A DNA stretch of 64,000 nucleotides, from contig OZ287072.1 in the NCBI GenBank assembly GCA_965645245.1, positions 2,542,001-2,606,000 of the forward strand, given 5' to 3'. Below the pieces are notes generated by a model that saw nothing but the letters and a program-made list of their open reading frames with translations, was not told the origin of the DNA and made no database searches. The first letter of the stretch is position 1. Every line of letters begins with the position of its first letter. The position numbers and the translations under genes are program-made. Source of the DNA: Massalongia carnosa. Lineage: Eukaryota. This document shows positions 50,501-62,536 of the stretch, one piece after another.

Positions 50501-53094
50501 GGCAAGAGAAGGCCACAGAGCTCTTTCAAAAGATAAACTCTGACCTAGTGGGACTAATCAAGCCATCAGGACTTCTTGAAGAACTTTACCTCTTCACTTT
50601 CACCTGTGATGCTAGCAGATACACTCATGTCTATACCGGACACAAGAAGAGTGAATGGTTTGATCACTTGTTGACATACTACAGCATGGCTCAAAACAAA
50701 TCCGGAGAGGCTAAACTCATAAGCAGTTTTCGCACTGACTTCGGCGCGGAGCTTCGCAGTCACAAGTCAGACGTTTGGTCCTTGGAACAAGGCATAACGT
50801 TTGAAACAGCTTCTCCATACTCTCAAGATGAAAACGGAGTCGCGGAACGAATGGGCAGAACCATCATAGACATGACAAGATGCAGTGTCATTGCCGGAGA
50901 CATTCCAGACTACTTGTGGGCAGAAGTGGTTCTAGCCATGGTTCACACCAAGAACGTCAGACCAACCAACGCCTTAGCAGGTAAAACCCCGTATGAGATC
51001 TTCGAGAAGTCACCTAAGCTGGATCACCTGAGAATTCTCGGATCTACAGTCTATGCATTAATTCACGAAGAAGAGCGAAAAGGAATAAACAGCAAGGCTG
51101 TTTAAAATTTCTCCGAGAGCTCAGAAAGGAATCCTGTGTGGATATGACAGAAGCACCATCTATCGCGTCTTTATGGAAAAAGACTACAAGGTCATCAGGG
51201 TCAAGAACTTACGAATTCATGAAGACGCCACATTCAAAGATAGGACCGATCTACCCACGTACGACTCAACATATCATCGAGCAATGAACTCCAAATACGC
51301 AAACGAATGGAGTCAGTCTGGGTAATGGATGAGATCAAAAGTCTGCTGGAGAATAAAACCTGGGATACATTACCTACCGAGTCCATGGAACCCGAACATA
51401 TAGTCTTAAGTGGCAAATGAGTATTCAAGCTGAAACGGGACGTAAATGAAAAGATCGTTCGCTTTAAAGCCAGATGGGTTTTCAAGGATATCTCCAACAA
51501 TACTGAGTAGATTTCGATCAAACCTTTGCATCTATGGCCAAACAATGGCTTTTCGCTTGCTACTCGCGTTAGCTGCTCATCATTATCTGCACATCGAGCG
51601 ACTGGATATAGTGACAGCTTTTCTGAACGGTCTCATTATCAACTCATCTATGTCCACATGCCGAAAGGATATGACACAGCTGGCATGGTGTGTAGGTTGA
51701 ACAAAGCCCTGTACGGTTTGAACAGTCTCCGCGTCCCGGGTATGAACAGTCTCCGCGTCCCTGGTATGAACGACTGTCAGCTTTTCTATTGAGCAAATTA
51801 GGATTGGAGAAACTCCACGCAGATCATAACATTTTCGTCACACCTCAAGGGATAAAAGGACACATTGTTACCTCTTTCGTTGACGATTTGAACATCATAG
51901 GCCCAAAGGGTTCCCCGATGATCACAGAAGTCAAGAAACAGCTCAAGCTAGCTTTCAAGATGGTAGACATGGGACCAATCAGCTACTATCTAGGCCTTAA
52001 ATTCGAACGAGATCGAGTCAACAAAACCATAAAGCACTCCCATGCGAGAAGGCTGTCTCTTCATCAATGAATTTCAGGACTCCGACAAGGACATAAAGCA
52101 AGATCAAACCATGGTCGGATCCATCACGTTCGCAATGATAGAAACCAGGCCAGACATAGCTTTCGCAACGTCCGTAATCAGTCGAAATGCAAAGAATCCA
52201 GGCAAAACACATATGGAAGCGGCCAAACACATTCTCAGATACCTTAGCGGTACCAAGAATAGAGACATCACCTTCGACAAATAGCAGCGAAAATCCAACT
52301 GGGGTTATGTGTTCATGCTGAACAATGGACCAATAAGCTGGTGTTCCAAAAGACAAATAACCGTCACATTGTCATCAACCGAAGCAGAGTATATGGCACT
52401 CACCTTAGCAGCAAAGGAGGCAACATGGCTACGTTTACTGATGACCGAACTCGGATTGATGACTTCTGATGACGGATCCCCGACAATAAACGTGTTAAGA
52501 GGAGAAGGCACAATTGCATTGAAAGGCGACAATCAAAGCGCCATAGCACTGGCCAATAACCCCGTATTACACTCCAGGACCAAGCATATCGACATTCAGC
52601 ACTACTTCATACGAAACGAGGTGCTAGAAGGAAGAATCGACCTCACCTATGTTCCGACCGAAGACATGATTGCAGATGGACTGACAAAAACCCTCATGCA
52701 CGTCAAGTTCTTCTCCTTTATCAGACAGCTCAACATGGACAAACAGACATGAGAGTTAAAGAAGTTCAACCACGGTTGAATCCACGATGGAAACAAGTAC
52801 TGGTAGGACTTGAGGGGGGGTGTTGAATATCCAATTCCTACCAGCACAATGAATACCTATCAGTACGATGAACATAGCACCTACGGCTGTCCTAGATGGA
52901 CAGATCATCTACGGAAACCGTAGATGCCGCATTAGGCTTACTCCCAAGATAAGATAAGATCACCTCGCTTAGAAGGGGGTGACCAGTAATAGGAAAAGAT
53001 TGCTGCCTAGCAACTCTTCATCCTTAACATCACGGTCATACATACCTTTATTATTACATAGCCATATAGCCATAGTCATATACCTATTTCAACA
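47528..53094 (+). mobile_element. Ty1/copia LTR retrotransposon B, coding region decayed
   Basis: 274-bp LTRs 47528-47801 and 52821-53094; TSD AAAAG; PBS GGTTATGAGCCCGG 47802-47815; PPT 52812-52820; gag, IN, RT and RH fragments with many stops and deletions. Confidence 0.97.
48050..48856. repeat. ~50-bp tandem array (~16 units) in the copia B leader
   Basis: AAGAGCTTGCTAAGCTCGATGGTCGAAGGCACTCAAGTCCTCGGACACCA head to tail; each unit has the hairpin GAGCTT-GCT-AAGCTC. Confidence 0.95.
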
Positions 53095-54114
53095 AAAAGA
53101 CCAATTTAAGATTTACTAGATAGATTGATGCGACTGAAAAGTTAAATATGTTTCTCGTCTACGTCGGTCAAGGTGTTTCGTATCGTTTGATATCTGAATG
53201 ATTCGGGCACAGTCTCGATATCGTCAGTAGAGTCTTTAAAGAGGTCTTGTACGCACTTATCACGCTGCATAAACGTACTGTAAAGATACCTCAGTCGAAT
53301 ACTTCATTGTCGTCTCCTATAGCTGGAAATCCAAAATATTATCCCTTCTTAAAGGATTGTATTGGGGCGTTGAATGATTCTCATATATCAGCTTTTGTTC
53401 CATTATCGAAACAGGCCGCTTGGAGGAATCGCAAAGGCTTTATATCTCAAAATGTATTAGCTGCGTGCGATATAGATATGAATTTCGTTTATATACTTGC
53501 TGGATGAAAGAGAACTGCTCATGATGAAAGAGTCTTGAGTGCTGCTATCAATAAAGGGGTTGTCACCCAGTCAGGCTAATACTATCTCGTCGACGCTGGA
53601 TACTCGAACACTCTCATGAATTTGATCCCCTATCGAGGCGTCAGATATCATCTCAAAGAACAGGCACAGCAGGCATCGAAATCACAGATCAAGCAAGAGC
53701 TGTTTAATCTTCGTCATTCGTTGTCATGGTCCTAGCCTGACATAAGGCTGAGATGGTAGGAGGGATCACGGGAGCACGCGAGGCTAGCGCGACACCCGGT
53801 GCAGATATTTCTAGCGAGTCGCGCACAATGATTCTGTTCTTCTTTGTAGATAAATTTTGGTTTAATAGCGGTTGATTAGAATCGACGACAGCTTCCTTAC
53901 ACAATTTATCTACCTACCTATTAGTATTCTTTCTTCCAGAACTTCCAGTAGGGACGAGGTCCCGTTCCAGCAACTTTCTTCCAGATAGGGTGAAAACCCG
54001 TTCCAGTAACTTTCCAGACTGATCGTTTGTGCGAATCCAAACCGACCCAAATTCCAGAACTTCCAGAACTTTTAGAATCAGGGAATCAAGCTTTCCCACT
54101 TTCAGAATCCAGTC

Positions 54115-55761
54115 ATGAGCTCAAAAACACCCATGACGGCGAGAAAGGCCGTAGCCCCTTCCGCAGAGGCTCAGACCGGCCCAGCATTTAACACCCGCGC
54201 TCGTTCCGTCTCCCGACATTCGTCTCGCTCGGATAGCAGCATGCCGGGAACGTTTGAAGACTCCGAATTAGCTCAGAACGAACAGATTCAAGAAACCACG
54301 GAGGGGACGTGGGTAAAAACCCCAAGAGCAGGACGTGAAAAAGAAAAAGAGTTTTTTCAGAAGATCGATGTCTCCGATCATCCATATTACGAGAAGGATG
54401 CCGCAGAACATCCGTCCCACGTTGCAGCACACAATTTGAAGGAATTGCAGAGCATCTTGCGAGACGAGAATGAAGGACCCCGATGGTATGACTTCCTCGC
54501 GAGAGCACTCGAATACGACAAGACCCTATTAAACAAATACATCTCCTTGCAGGGCGACCTGGAGAAGCTTGGCGAGGCCAAAAATATCAACAGACGTTAC
54601 AAACAAGTACATGAACGTCTCATCGCGGAAAAAGACGATGCCGAACGAGAGGCCCTTCTCGCGCAAGAAGAACTATCGCATAGAGATATCGAATTGGAGA
54701 CAATGACTATAGCAAAAGAGAGATTACAGAAAGAGAGAGACTCCCTGATCCGCCAGTTAGCGGAAACACGGGAAACACCACGTCATCAACGAGAAGATAC
54801 CGTTACTACCCAAAGCACCAACGCCAACCCCCAGAATTGGCGACCCCGTGGTATAAACCCTAGCAAGCCACTGAAAGGCGAGGACTCGGAGGAGTATAGC
54901 CCTTGGGCGTACTCCGTCCGCAATAAACTGAAGATAGATGCACCCCTCTACGCCGATGAGAACGAAAAGGTCGGTTACGCGCTGTCTCAAATGGAAGCGC
55001 CGATCTTCGGGGCTATGCACTCTTGGATAGCGGATATGGGAGACTCACTATCGGCCGACGCTTTATTCGAAGATATAGAGCACTATATGGGCATTCACCT
55101 CCAGAGCCGCGACGCCAAGAAAGAACTCCTCACCATCACCATGAAAGGGGGCGAAAGCGTCAGCGAGTATTATCACCGAATCTTCAAGCTATGGCAGAAA
55201 ACCAAAACTCCCGTTGACGAGCGAATTGAGAAGTTCCTCGTGACGTTAAAGCCTAGCATCTCCAACTCTCTCATGGGTTCAGTCTTTACTGATTTCCGCC
55301 CTTTACTTGACGAAGCACGAAGAATCGAAGACCGCCGCAAAGATGTGGCGCACCACTTTCCTCGTCCTGATAAACCAGCCGCAACGAAGAACTCCGGCCA
55401 ACGAAGCAACTTCTCCGGCGGACAATCCTCAAATCAGTCCTCCGGTGGAAAGTCAGCCTCATTCTCCACCAATCAAACCAGCTCCAAGGAATCCCATGAT
55501 CGGCCGAATGCGAAGCTGATGCCAACAATAGTCAAACCGGCCGGTTGGGTAGGCACATGGTACGATCCAGACCCAAACCCAAAGAAGCTGAAGGATGACG
55601 AACGTGAGTCCCTCTCCCATCAACGCCGATGCTGGGCATGCAGGGGATCAGGACATCGAGGAAACGATACCATTTGTCCTCAATACAGGAACAAGAACCT
55701 GAGCACCATGAGGACAGTAGAAACAGATTCGGGAGCGGAATCTGAGGCGGGAAAAGCCTAG
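54115..55761 (+). CDS. gag: gypsy A Gag (548 aa, intact)
   Basis: Coiled-coil, capsid-like region (MKGGESVSEYYHRI) and Zn-knuckle CWACRGSGH..C. Confidence 0.88.
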   Translation: MSSKTPMTARKAVAPSAEAQTGPAFNTRARSVSRHSSRSDSSMPGTFEDSELAQNEQIQETTEGTWVKTPRAGREKEKEFFQKIDVSDHPYYEKDAAEHPSHVAAHNLKELQSILRDENEGPRWYDFLARALEYDKTLLNKYISLQGDLEKLGEAKNINRRYKQVHERLIAEKDDAEREALLAQEELSHRDIELETMTIAKERLQKERDSLIRQLAETRETPRHQREDTVTTQSTNANPQNWRPRGINPSKPLKGEDSEEYSPWAYSVRNKLKIDAPLYADENEKVGYALSQMEAPIFGAMHSWIADMGDSLSADALFEDIEHYMGIHLQSRDAKKELLTITMKGGESVSEYYHRIFKLWQKTKTPVDERIEKFLVTLKPSISNSLMGSVFTDFRPLLDEARRIEDRRKDVAHHFPRPDKPAATKNSGQRSNFSGGQSSNQSSGGKSASFSTNQTSSKESHDRPNAKLMPTIVKPAGWVGTWYDPDPNPKKLKDDERESLSHQRRCWACRGSGHRGNDTICPQYRNKNLSTMRTVETDSGAESEAGKA

Positions 55762-58700
55762 TCCTTGATCGAAATCGCGATCAGGGGCGTGCAAACAAGG
55801 AGGTTGTTAATGGGAACGGTGACACTGAAACGAAAATGGTTAGGGTCTCTACTTGTGCTGTCCGCGATACTGAAAAGTAAATCGAGGACAAACATTTAGT
55901 TTTTAAAACTAGCATAGCTGGAATTAAACCCCGTTTACTTATCGATAATGGAAGTGAAGCTGAACTCATTGACGAATCCTTTGTGCGTAAACACAAATTG
56001 AAAACCTCCAAACTGGATAAGAAGGTGAAACTTACTTTGGGAAATGGAGAGGTGGTACAGCTCCTCTCGAAGGCCACCTTGATCGACGTGAAAATCGGAG
56101 ATCACGAAGAGCAAGTCTTATGTTATTTGGCAAAACTAGAAGCGTATGCAGTCATTTTAGGGGATGGATGGCTGCAAACAAATAACCCAATGATCAATTG
56201 GAAAGAGAGAACGATGAAGTTCAACTCATCAGATTGTCTTGAAAAGGGATGTCTTGCACGGGGGATAACATACACCGAATTCGCTGTGGGAAGCAAGGTT
56301 AAGAATAGGATCGAGCCTAAAGAAGACATCGAAGTCCTTCCAGCCAACGCAAAACACTTCTTCCGAATGGCCAGAAAGAAGGATCACAACGGATACCTAT
56401 GGATTCCCCGAGAAACAAAGAAGGCCTTGTGCGCAACTACCACCGGCGCAGTGACATCAGGAGATTACGACAAGTTCATGAAGGGAAAACCGGAATACAC
56501 CCGAGAGGAGTTGTTGAAGAGAGTTCCAGCAGCTTATCACAGCGTAATAGATGTTTTCATGAAGCACAAGGCAGATGAACTGCCTGAACATCGGAAGGAA
56601 GATCATCAGATAAATCTCGAGGCAGGAAAAGAAGCTCTGTACGTAAGGAACTATAAACCCATGTCAGAACAAGAATTGGAAGCGGTTAAGAAATACATTG
56701 ACGAGCATCTGGGAAAAGGCTTCATCCGTCCTAGTTCTTCAAGCGCAGCAGCCCCCGTTCTTCTAGTTAGAAAACCAGGGGGTGGTCTAAGATTCTGCGT
56801 GGATTATAGAGCCTTGAACTCCATTACGATCAAGAACAGATATCCAATACCGTTGATAAATGAAACATTGGGAAAACTATCACAGGCCAAGAAGTTCACG
56901 AAACTCGATGTGATTACCGCGTTCAATCGTATGAGAATGAAAGAAGGTCACGAGTGGCTCACGGCTTTTAACTAGTTCGTCTATGGCGAGAGCTAGTGTG
57001 GGACCGATGCTATTCGGCTACCAGCGGATTCGGCTACCAGCGGATCGGCTACCAGCGGTTCTCCACGCATGACAGGGACAACAGGTGATACAAAATCCGG
57101 ACCTCTTCGGTTTTGCACGGTTATCCGCCAGGAGCTGGTTCGGGTAACGACGGGGGGTTGGATAGGGAAGGATGGATGACAGGGGGGAGATGGAGGCTAT
57201 ATAGAGGGCCAAAGCAGTCCTACATCTCCTCATCATCTCGGATTCGGAGGTAGCACTGCATAGTAGTTTTTGACCCGCCCACCCACTCCAGGTCTCAGCC
57301 GCAGAGGTAGAGGGAGTATCCACCGCGATCTGCACCAAGGCCCGAAAGGGGGCGCTAAGTAGAGGCGCCGGCGAGAGTGACGGCGCCAGCGAGGTGCAGA
57401 TCGCTGTGTTTCCGCCAACCTTAGAAATAGAAGCAATACGAGGTCACATGAACTAGTACTAGATATGGTCAGTTCGAATATCTGGTGATGCCATTCGGCC
57501 TTTGCAACGCTCCAGGAACTTTTCAAAGTTTCATCAACGACACAGTCAGAGAATACTTAGACGTTTTCTGCACGGCGTATTTGGACGACGTCCTAATTTA
57601 CAGCGAAAATGAAGAAGAGCATTCCGAACAAGTGCTAAAAGTCCTAACTCGATTGAAAGACAAAAGACTGCAAGTGGACATAGACAAATGCGAATTCTCT
57701 GTGACGGAGATAAAGTATCTTGGATTGATAGTCACCACCGAAGGAATAAAAATGGACTCGGAGAAAATTGAGGCGATTCTGAAATGAGAGACCCTAGGCT
57801 CCGTAAAAGACGTGCAAGCATTTTTAGGCTTTGCGAATTTTTATCGACGATTTATATCGAGATTTTCGCAACGGACGAGATCGTTAACAGAGTTAACAAA
57901 AGGCGAACAAATAACGACGAAATTAGGAAAGAAACGAACCAAGTATAATTCGTTCGTCTGGTCTGAAGATTGTCAAAAGGCCTTCGAAGATTTAAAAATT
58001 GCGTTCACTACCGCTCCCGTCTTAGCACATTACGATCCGGCCCTGGAAACATGGGTCGAGACTGACTCTTCAAATTTCGTCAGCGCCGGAGTACTCTCTC
58101 AAATGCACGATGGAGTACTGAAACCTGTAGCCTAATTTTCCAAGAAGATGACCCCTGCCGAGTGTAATTATATGGATTATGATAAGGAACTCCTCGCTAT
58201 TGTAAAGAGCTTCGAAGTCTGGCGCCCCGAGGTTGCAAGTGCTGCTCCTGATAAACCTGTTAAAGTATACACCGATCACAAGAACTTAGAGCATTTCATG
58301 ACCACGAAGCAGCTGAACAGAAGACAAGCCAGATGGGCCGACTTTTTCTCCGAATTTAATTTCAAGATAATGTATCGACCGGGGAAGCAAGGAGAGAAAC
58401 CGGACACGCTGACCCGACGCTCTCAAGATCTCCCGAAGGGATTCGAAGATATCAGAGAACAACATCAATTTCAACCGTTGTTGCAGGAGCATCAATTAGA
58501 TGACGATATACGTAAAGCGTTAAAAGTTGTGTTCTACGCGAACACAGCAGGCGACGACGATCACGATAACGATCAAGACGATCGAAGCGAAATCACCGAG
58601 GAAGACGCAACGGAATCAGAAGAACCCAACGCAGAACATATATCAGGGACCGATGAGACCGAGAACCCGATAACGAAGACTTTAGAGGAACTAATCGAAG

Positions 58701-59485
58701 AAGCTTACGAAAGAGATGAAACGGTACAAGACATAATAGCGGCAAAGAAAAAGGAACTGAGAAAACTCTCATTGAACCTCATCAAAAGAGGAATAAAGTT
58801 AGCAATGGGGGACCTCAAAATAGAGAACGACAAGTTGTATGTCAAAGGAAGACTATACGTACCAAATCACGAGTCACTGCAGTTACATTTACTGCAAAAG
58901 CACCACGAACCCCATTACAGGGCCATCTAGGATACAAGAGTATGTATCAAACAATAAGAGAAAATTACTTCTGGTTCGAAATGAAAGAGCATTGCAAGAG
59001 ATACGCAGTGAACTGTTCCGTATGTCGAAGATCAAAAGCATACAACGACAAAAAGCAAGGTCTCTTGAACCCTCTTCCGATCCCGAACAGAAAATGGATG
59101 GACATATCGTTGGACTTCGTTGAATTTCTACCATAATGCCGAAGACGAAACAGAGTCTATCAACACATATTAGTGATAGTAGATCGTTTAACGAAAAGAC
59201 GATTATACGAACCACTAACCTCTCTCTCCACTGACGAACTGATGGACGCAATGTCCAGAAGATTATTCTCCTCCTACGGATTTCCTATATCAACAGTCAA
59301 CGATCGCGGTAGTCAACTAACCGCCCACCTTTGGAAAAGAGTTTGCGAAAGATACGGTGTTAAAATAAAGTTCTCTTCCGCACATCACCCCGAAACAGAC
59401 GGTCAAACAGAAAACGCCAACAAGGTAATGAAGAACTACCTTCGAGCATACGTAAGTTATACACAAGACAATTGGGTGGACTATC
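55755..59485 (+). pseudogene. pol: gypsy A pol, with stops and a 485-bp insertion
   Basis: The -1 frame relative to gag carries PR-RT-RH-IN; stops include 55878 and ~57785. Confidence 0.9.
56972..57456. mobile_element. 485-bp non-coding insertion with CTAGTTC..GAACTAG ends and no TSD
   Basis: Removing it restores GCT TTT AA|T ACT AGA TAT GGT (AFNTRYG) in the RT. Confidence 0.85.
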
Positions 59486-59684
59486 TGTGAACCTAAGTGA
59501 TGATCTTAGGTGATGGCTCAGGGGCCTAAGGGATAGCATGGCCTTATTAGGCCTAGTGTGGGCTAGCTCGCCGCATATAATGTAATATTAGCTACTGAGA
59601 TAGAGCTTTCCTTCTAGACATTCATATTATCAAGAGTTCACCTCTATTCACGAACCTTACTAGGTTCAACAGTTATGAGCCCGG
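59486..59684 (+). mobile_element. copia C stub: 5' LTR (59486-59671) plus PBS
   Basis: TGTGAACCTA..TAGGTTCAACA terminal inverted repeat followed by GTTATGAGCCCGG. Confidence 0.85.
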
Positions 59685-60956
59685 ATTGATCTGCAATCAA
59701 TTCATCTTTCTATTAAATTCTGGAGACGTCATTAGCCACGTTTAACATTGCCACGATTAAGTGATAATTCACGATAATTGCAAATGAGATGGGTGATGAT
59801 GAAAAAAGGGGGTAGTTAAACTTTAATGGGGTAAACTCGCTTACACGTTGCGAGTTTTCTCTTCCCGCGTGCCTGTCAAATTGCGACTGGTGGAAAGAGG
59901 TCACCTTTTATCTTTGAAACATCACAACTTTTGCACCACCGCTTCATTTTCGATGATTTTAACTTCAGTCGAGTCCGCTGAATGATCTCTATCAGCTGAT
60001 AACTTATGAGCAAACAGTAGTAACTAGATGGTAACTGTGGAGCAGTTGAGGGAGAAGTACCGTCAGATTTTCGAGCAACTTCCGCCTGACCTTTCAATCA
60101 TCATATCATCATCAAAAGCGATTCGATTTTCTTTACATTATCTGAATGCGCTGACCGAGGTCTATAATTCAGTGACTAGTGAAACGCAGCCACCTTGTGT
60201 ATATTGCTATTCTAATGTTTGGGCAAAGTTCTGACCCTAGGGTGTGGCATGACACCGTTCGTGCGCCGTCCACGCAGGGTACGGAGCTGAATCGGGTAGG
60301 CTACGAGGTCCATGGACGCTGTAGAAGCGAACCCCGGGGTCAAAACATACTCCATTTATCTAAGCGACAGACTGTGTAGAAGAGGGTGGGTGGGAGAAAC
60401 AGCGAGTGTTGATGAAGAGAAAGAAAGAGGTGGAGAGGTGGAACAGGTGAAGGGTTTTCACCTCCCTGCTAGCGTCCGGCTCTATCCAGCTCACACGCCG
60501 GGTGCCGCCCGTCACGGTAACAAAGTTTTATGCATTTCAGATTTGATGATTTTCGATTTGATTTTCGATGATTTGGAGCTAGAAAATAAGCGATCGGGTT
60601 AAATAGGGTTCGGGCAGCTACGTCAACCCTCTCGGACGCCGACATTATATATCTGACATCCGACCCGATTGCCAGCCTACTTAGATCGTATGAAAATATA
60701 TAAAAGCATTTTATATCTACAATTTTTCAACTTAAAAGATACACTCAATCAAAATTGTCTTCGATAGGGATTTAATAAGATACATTAGTTATTTAGACTA
60801 CTCTAACGATTCTGGAGAGATTAAAATCGAGTATTGAAATTATTCATTCGACCTCTTTAACCTCTCGTTTCTCAACACCGCCACCGCAAATGGAATTTTC
60901 CACTATCATTCACTTCTTTGATTCAAAGTAAACTTCTAGTCATGAAGTTTCAAACC

Positions 60957-61415
60957 CTAGCAGTTGCTGGTTTGGACCTGCGCAGCATTGCAGCCAGTCC
61001 CAGCCGTAGTCTGGCAATCATCAATTAACATAAGTTGAAGCTGCTTCGCCGTAGGTCAATGATATATGATGGGACTTACCGCAGAATCCTCGATGATACA
61101 GCAGAAAATATCAGCCGGGGGGCACTGTCCGGGGGCGGCTGTGTTGGTATCTAATCCTCGCAGAGTTGGTCAGCTTTTGAGCCGTCATAACCCCAATTTA
61201 GGAAGAAGGTTTTGGCCACGATTGAACGCACAAGCAGAGCAGCCAGACTTCGTATTGCCCACATTGATGCCGCCTCCAGAACAGCAAAACAGCTGTGTGC
61301 CAGAGCTCGGGCAGTAGTACTTCGAGCAGGTATCCCCGTTGCGTTTTTCAAGCGGTGTCGCCATGACAGCGAAGGGCGCGGCCAGGAGAATGAGATGAAG
61401 AAGTTTGGACTGCAT
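60957..61415 (-). CDS. Hydrophobin-like small secreted protein, 102 aa, 10 Cys (3 exons)
   Basis: Exons 61415-61232, 61150-61080, 61010-60957 (introns GTGCGT..GCTGAC..TAG and GTAAGT..CAG) give MQSKLLHLILLAAPFAVMATPLEKRNGDTCSKYYCPSSGTQLFCCSGGGINVGNTKSGCSAYTNTAAPGQCPPADIFCCIIEDSATTAGTGCNAAQVQTSNC*. Confidence 0.85.
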
Positions 61416-62536
61416 TATTAATGTGCTGGATGAAGCTGGAAGAAAGTGTCTCGAGAAATGGATTAATTGAAATGTGTTTTCTTTTCGATCTGGGACTTGC
61501 TCGATCTAGGACTTGCGGTTTGTGATGAGTGGATTTGGGGGTAATACCTATGCCTTTAAGTATTTTTCTCCTCTCATCCTTCATCATCCCTCTTTCGTTA
61601 TCATATGTTATGAAGTGTGGCAATCAGAATGCCCTACGATCCAGTTCAACCGCACATTCACTTTCGCGCAGCACTCCCCAAGAAAGTTTAAAAAAATCAA
61701 CTAACTCTAAGTTACATCATTAAATCGGCGTTATTTAGAGACCCTAATGCTCTCAATTCCCACAAATCTATGATTGCAGTGTCACTCGGAAAGTCCTCTG
61801 ATCAATTTCATACGCACATTTCACTTTCGCGGAGCACTTCCGAAGAAAGTAAAAAAAAACAAGTCTAAGTTGCATCGTTGCAACCCCACCCGCACACACT
61901 CGAGGATGGGCCGCCCATGGCAAGAATCTACCCCCTCTCTCCACAAACCCAACAATCTACGAAAGAGGCGCTCAAGTGGTTGTTTCTCTCTCTGGCGATG
62001 TGGCGACTCTGTTCTCGACCTGTCTATGCATGCGTGTGCTAACTCAGATAAGGTTTGTCGAAGAGCGCGGATGTTCGGACATAATCTTGACATCATGACT
62101 TCCACATCAAAAACAAAAAAACCTTGGTGGCCATGACACCCGTGACTGCTGGATCTTGCATAGGTAATCTCAATTTTCACTTCACGTTGCAGGCGATTAT
62201 AAAGAACGAGCATTACACCAAATTAATTTTATATAACATGCATCAAGCGGGAGCGGGAGCTACGAACATCATAACTGCAAGCGATCCACGCTTCGAGCAT
62301 CATTCGTACGAACGCCGCCTTTGCAACGTGAGCGATTTTCGTTCCTGGCAATCCTTGTATACTCTTGCATTATGCATTCGCCGCGCATATCCATTTTTGG
62401 AGGAGTAATCGATTTGTCATCTCGATCTTGACGTCAAGAGATTCGCTGATAATATCATGAATCATCACGCTCTGCCCGAGCAAAGTCAGTTGCGGACATT
62501 TGATGTTTCTACGAAGACCCTGATCGGGGAACCTCG

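Larger units (their letters stand above)
47400..53721 (+). pseudogene. PIF/Harbinger transposase relic split by copia B and cut by gypsy A
   Basis: Left part LLTGHHRRIFNMLR; right part FLKDCIGALNDSHI..RNRKGFISQNVLAACD..AG*..AHD..YYLVDAGY..PYRGVRYHLKE..ELFNLRHS (DDE_Tnp_4 motifs). Confidence 0.85.
53722..59485 (+). mobile_element. Ty3/gypsy retrotransposon A (5' LTR, gag, pol), 3' end lost
   Basis: Putative LTR 53722-53903 (TG..CA); gag; protease [68 protein letters not shown]; cut at 59486. Confidence 0.93.

Noticed and set aside
60237..60679. hAT-like MITE (TAGGGTGTGGCA..TGCCAGCCTA)
   Set aside because: Ends match only loosely and there is no 8-bp TSD.
61650..61880. ~70-bp imperfect duplication upstream of the hydrophobin-like gene
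   Set aside because: Real but only two diverged copies, with no evidence of function.
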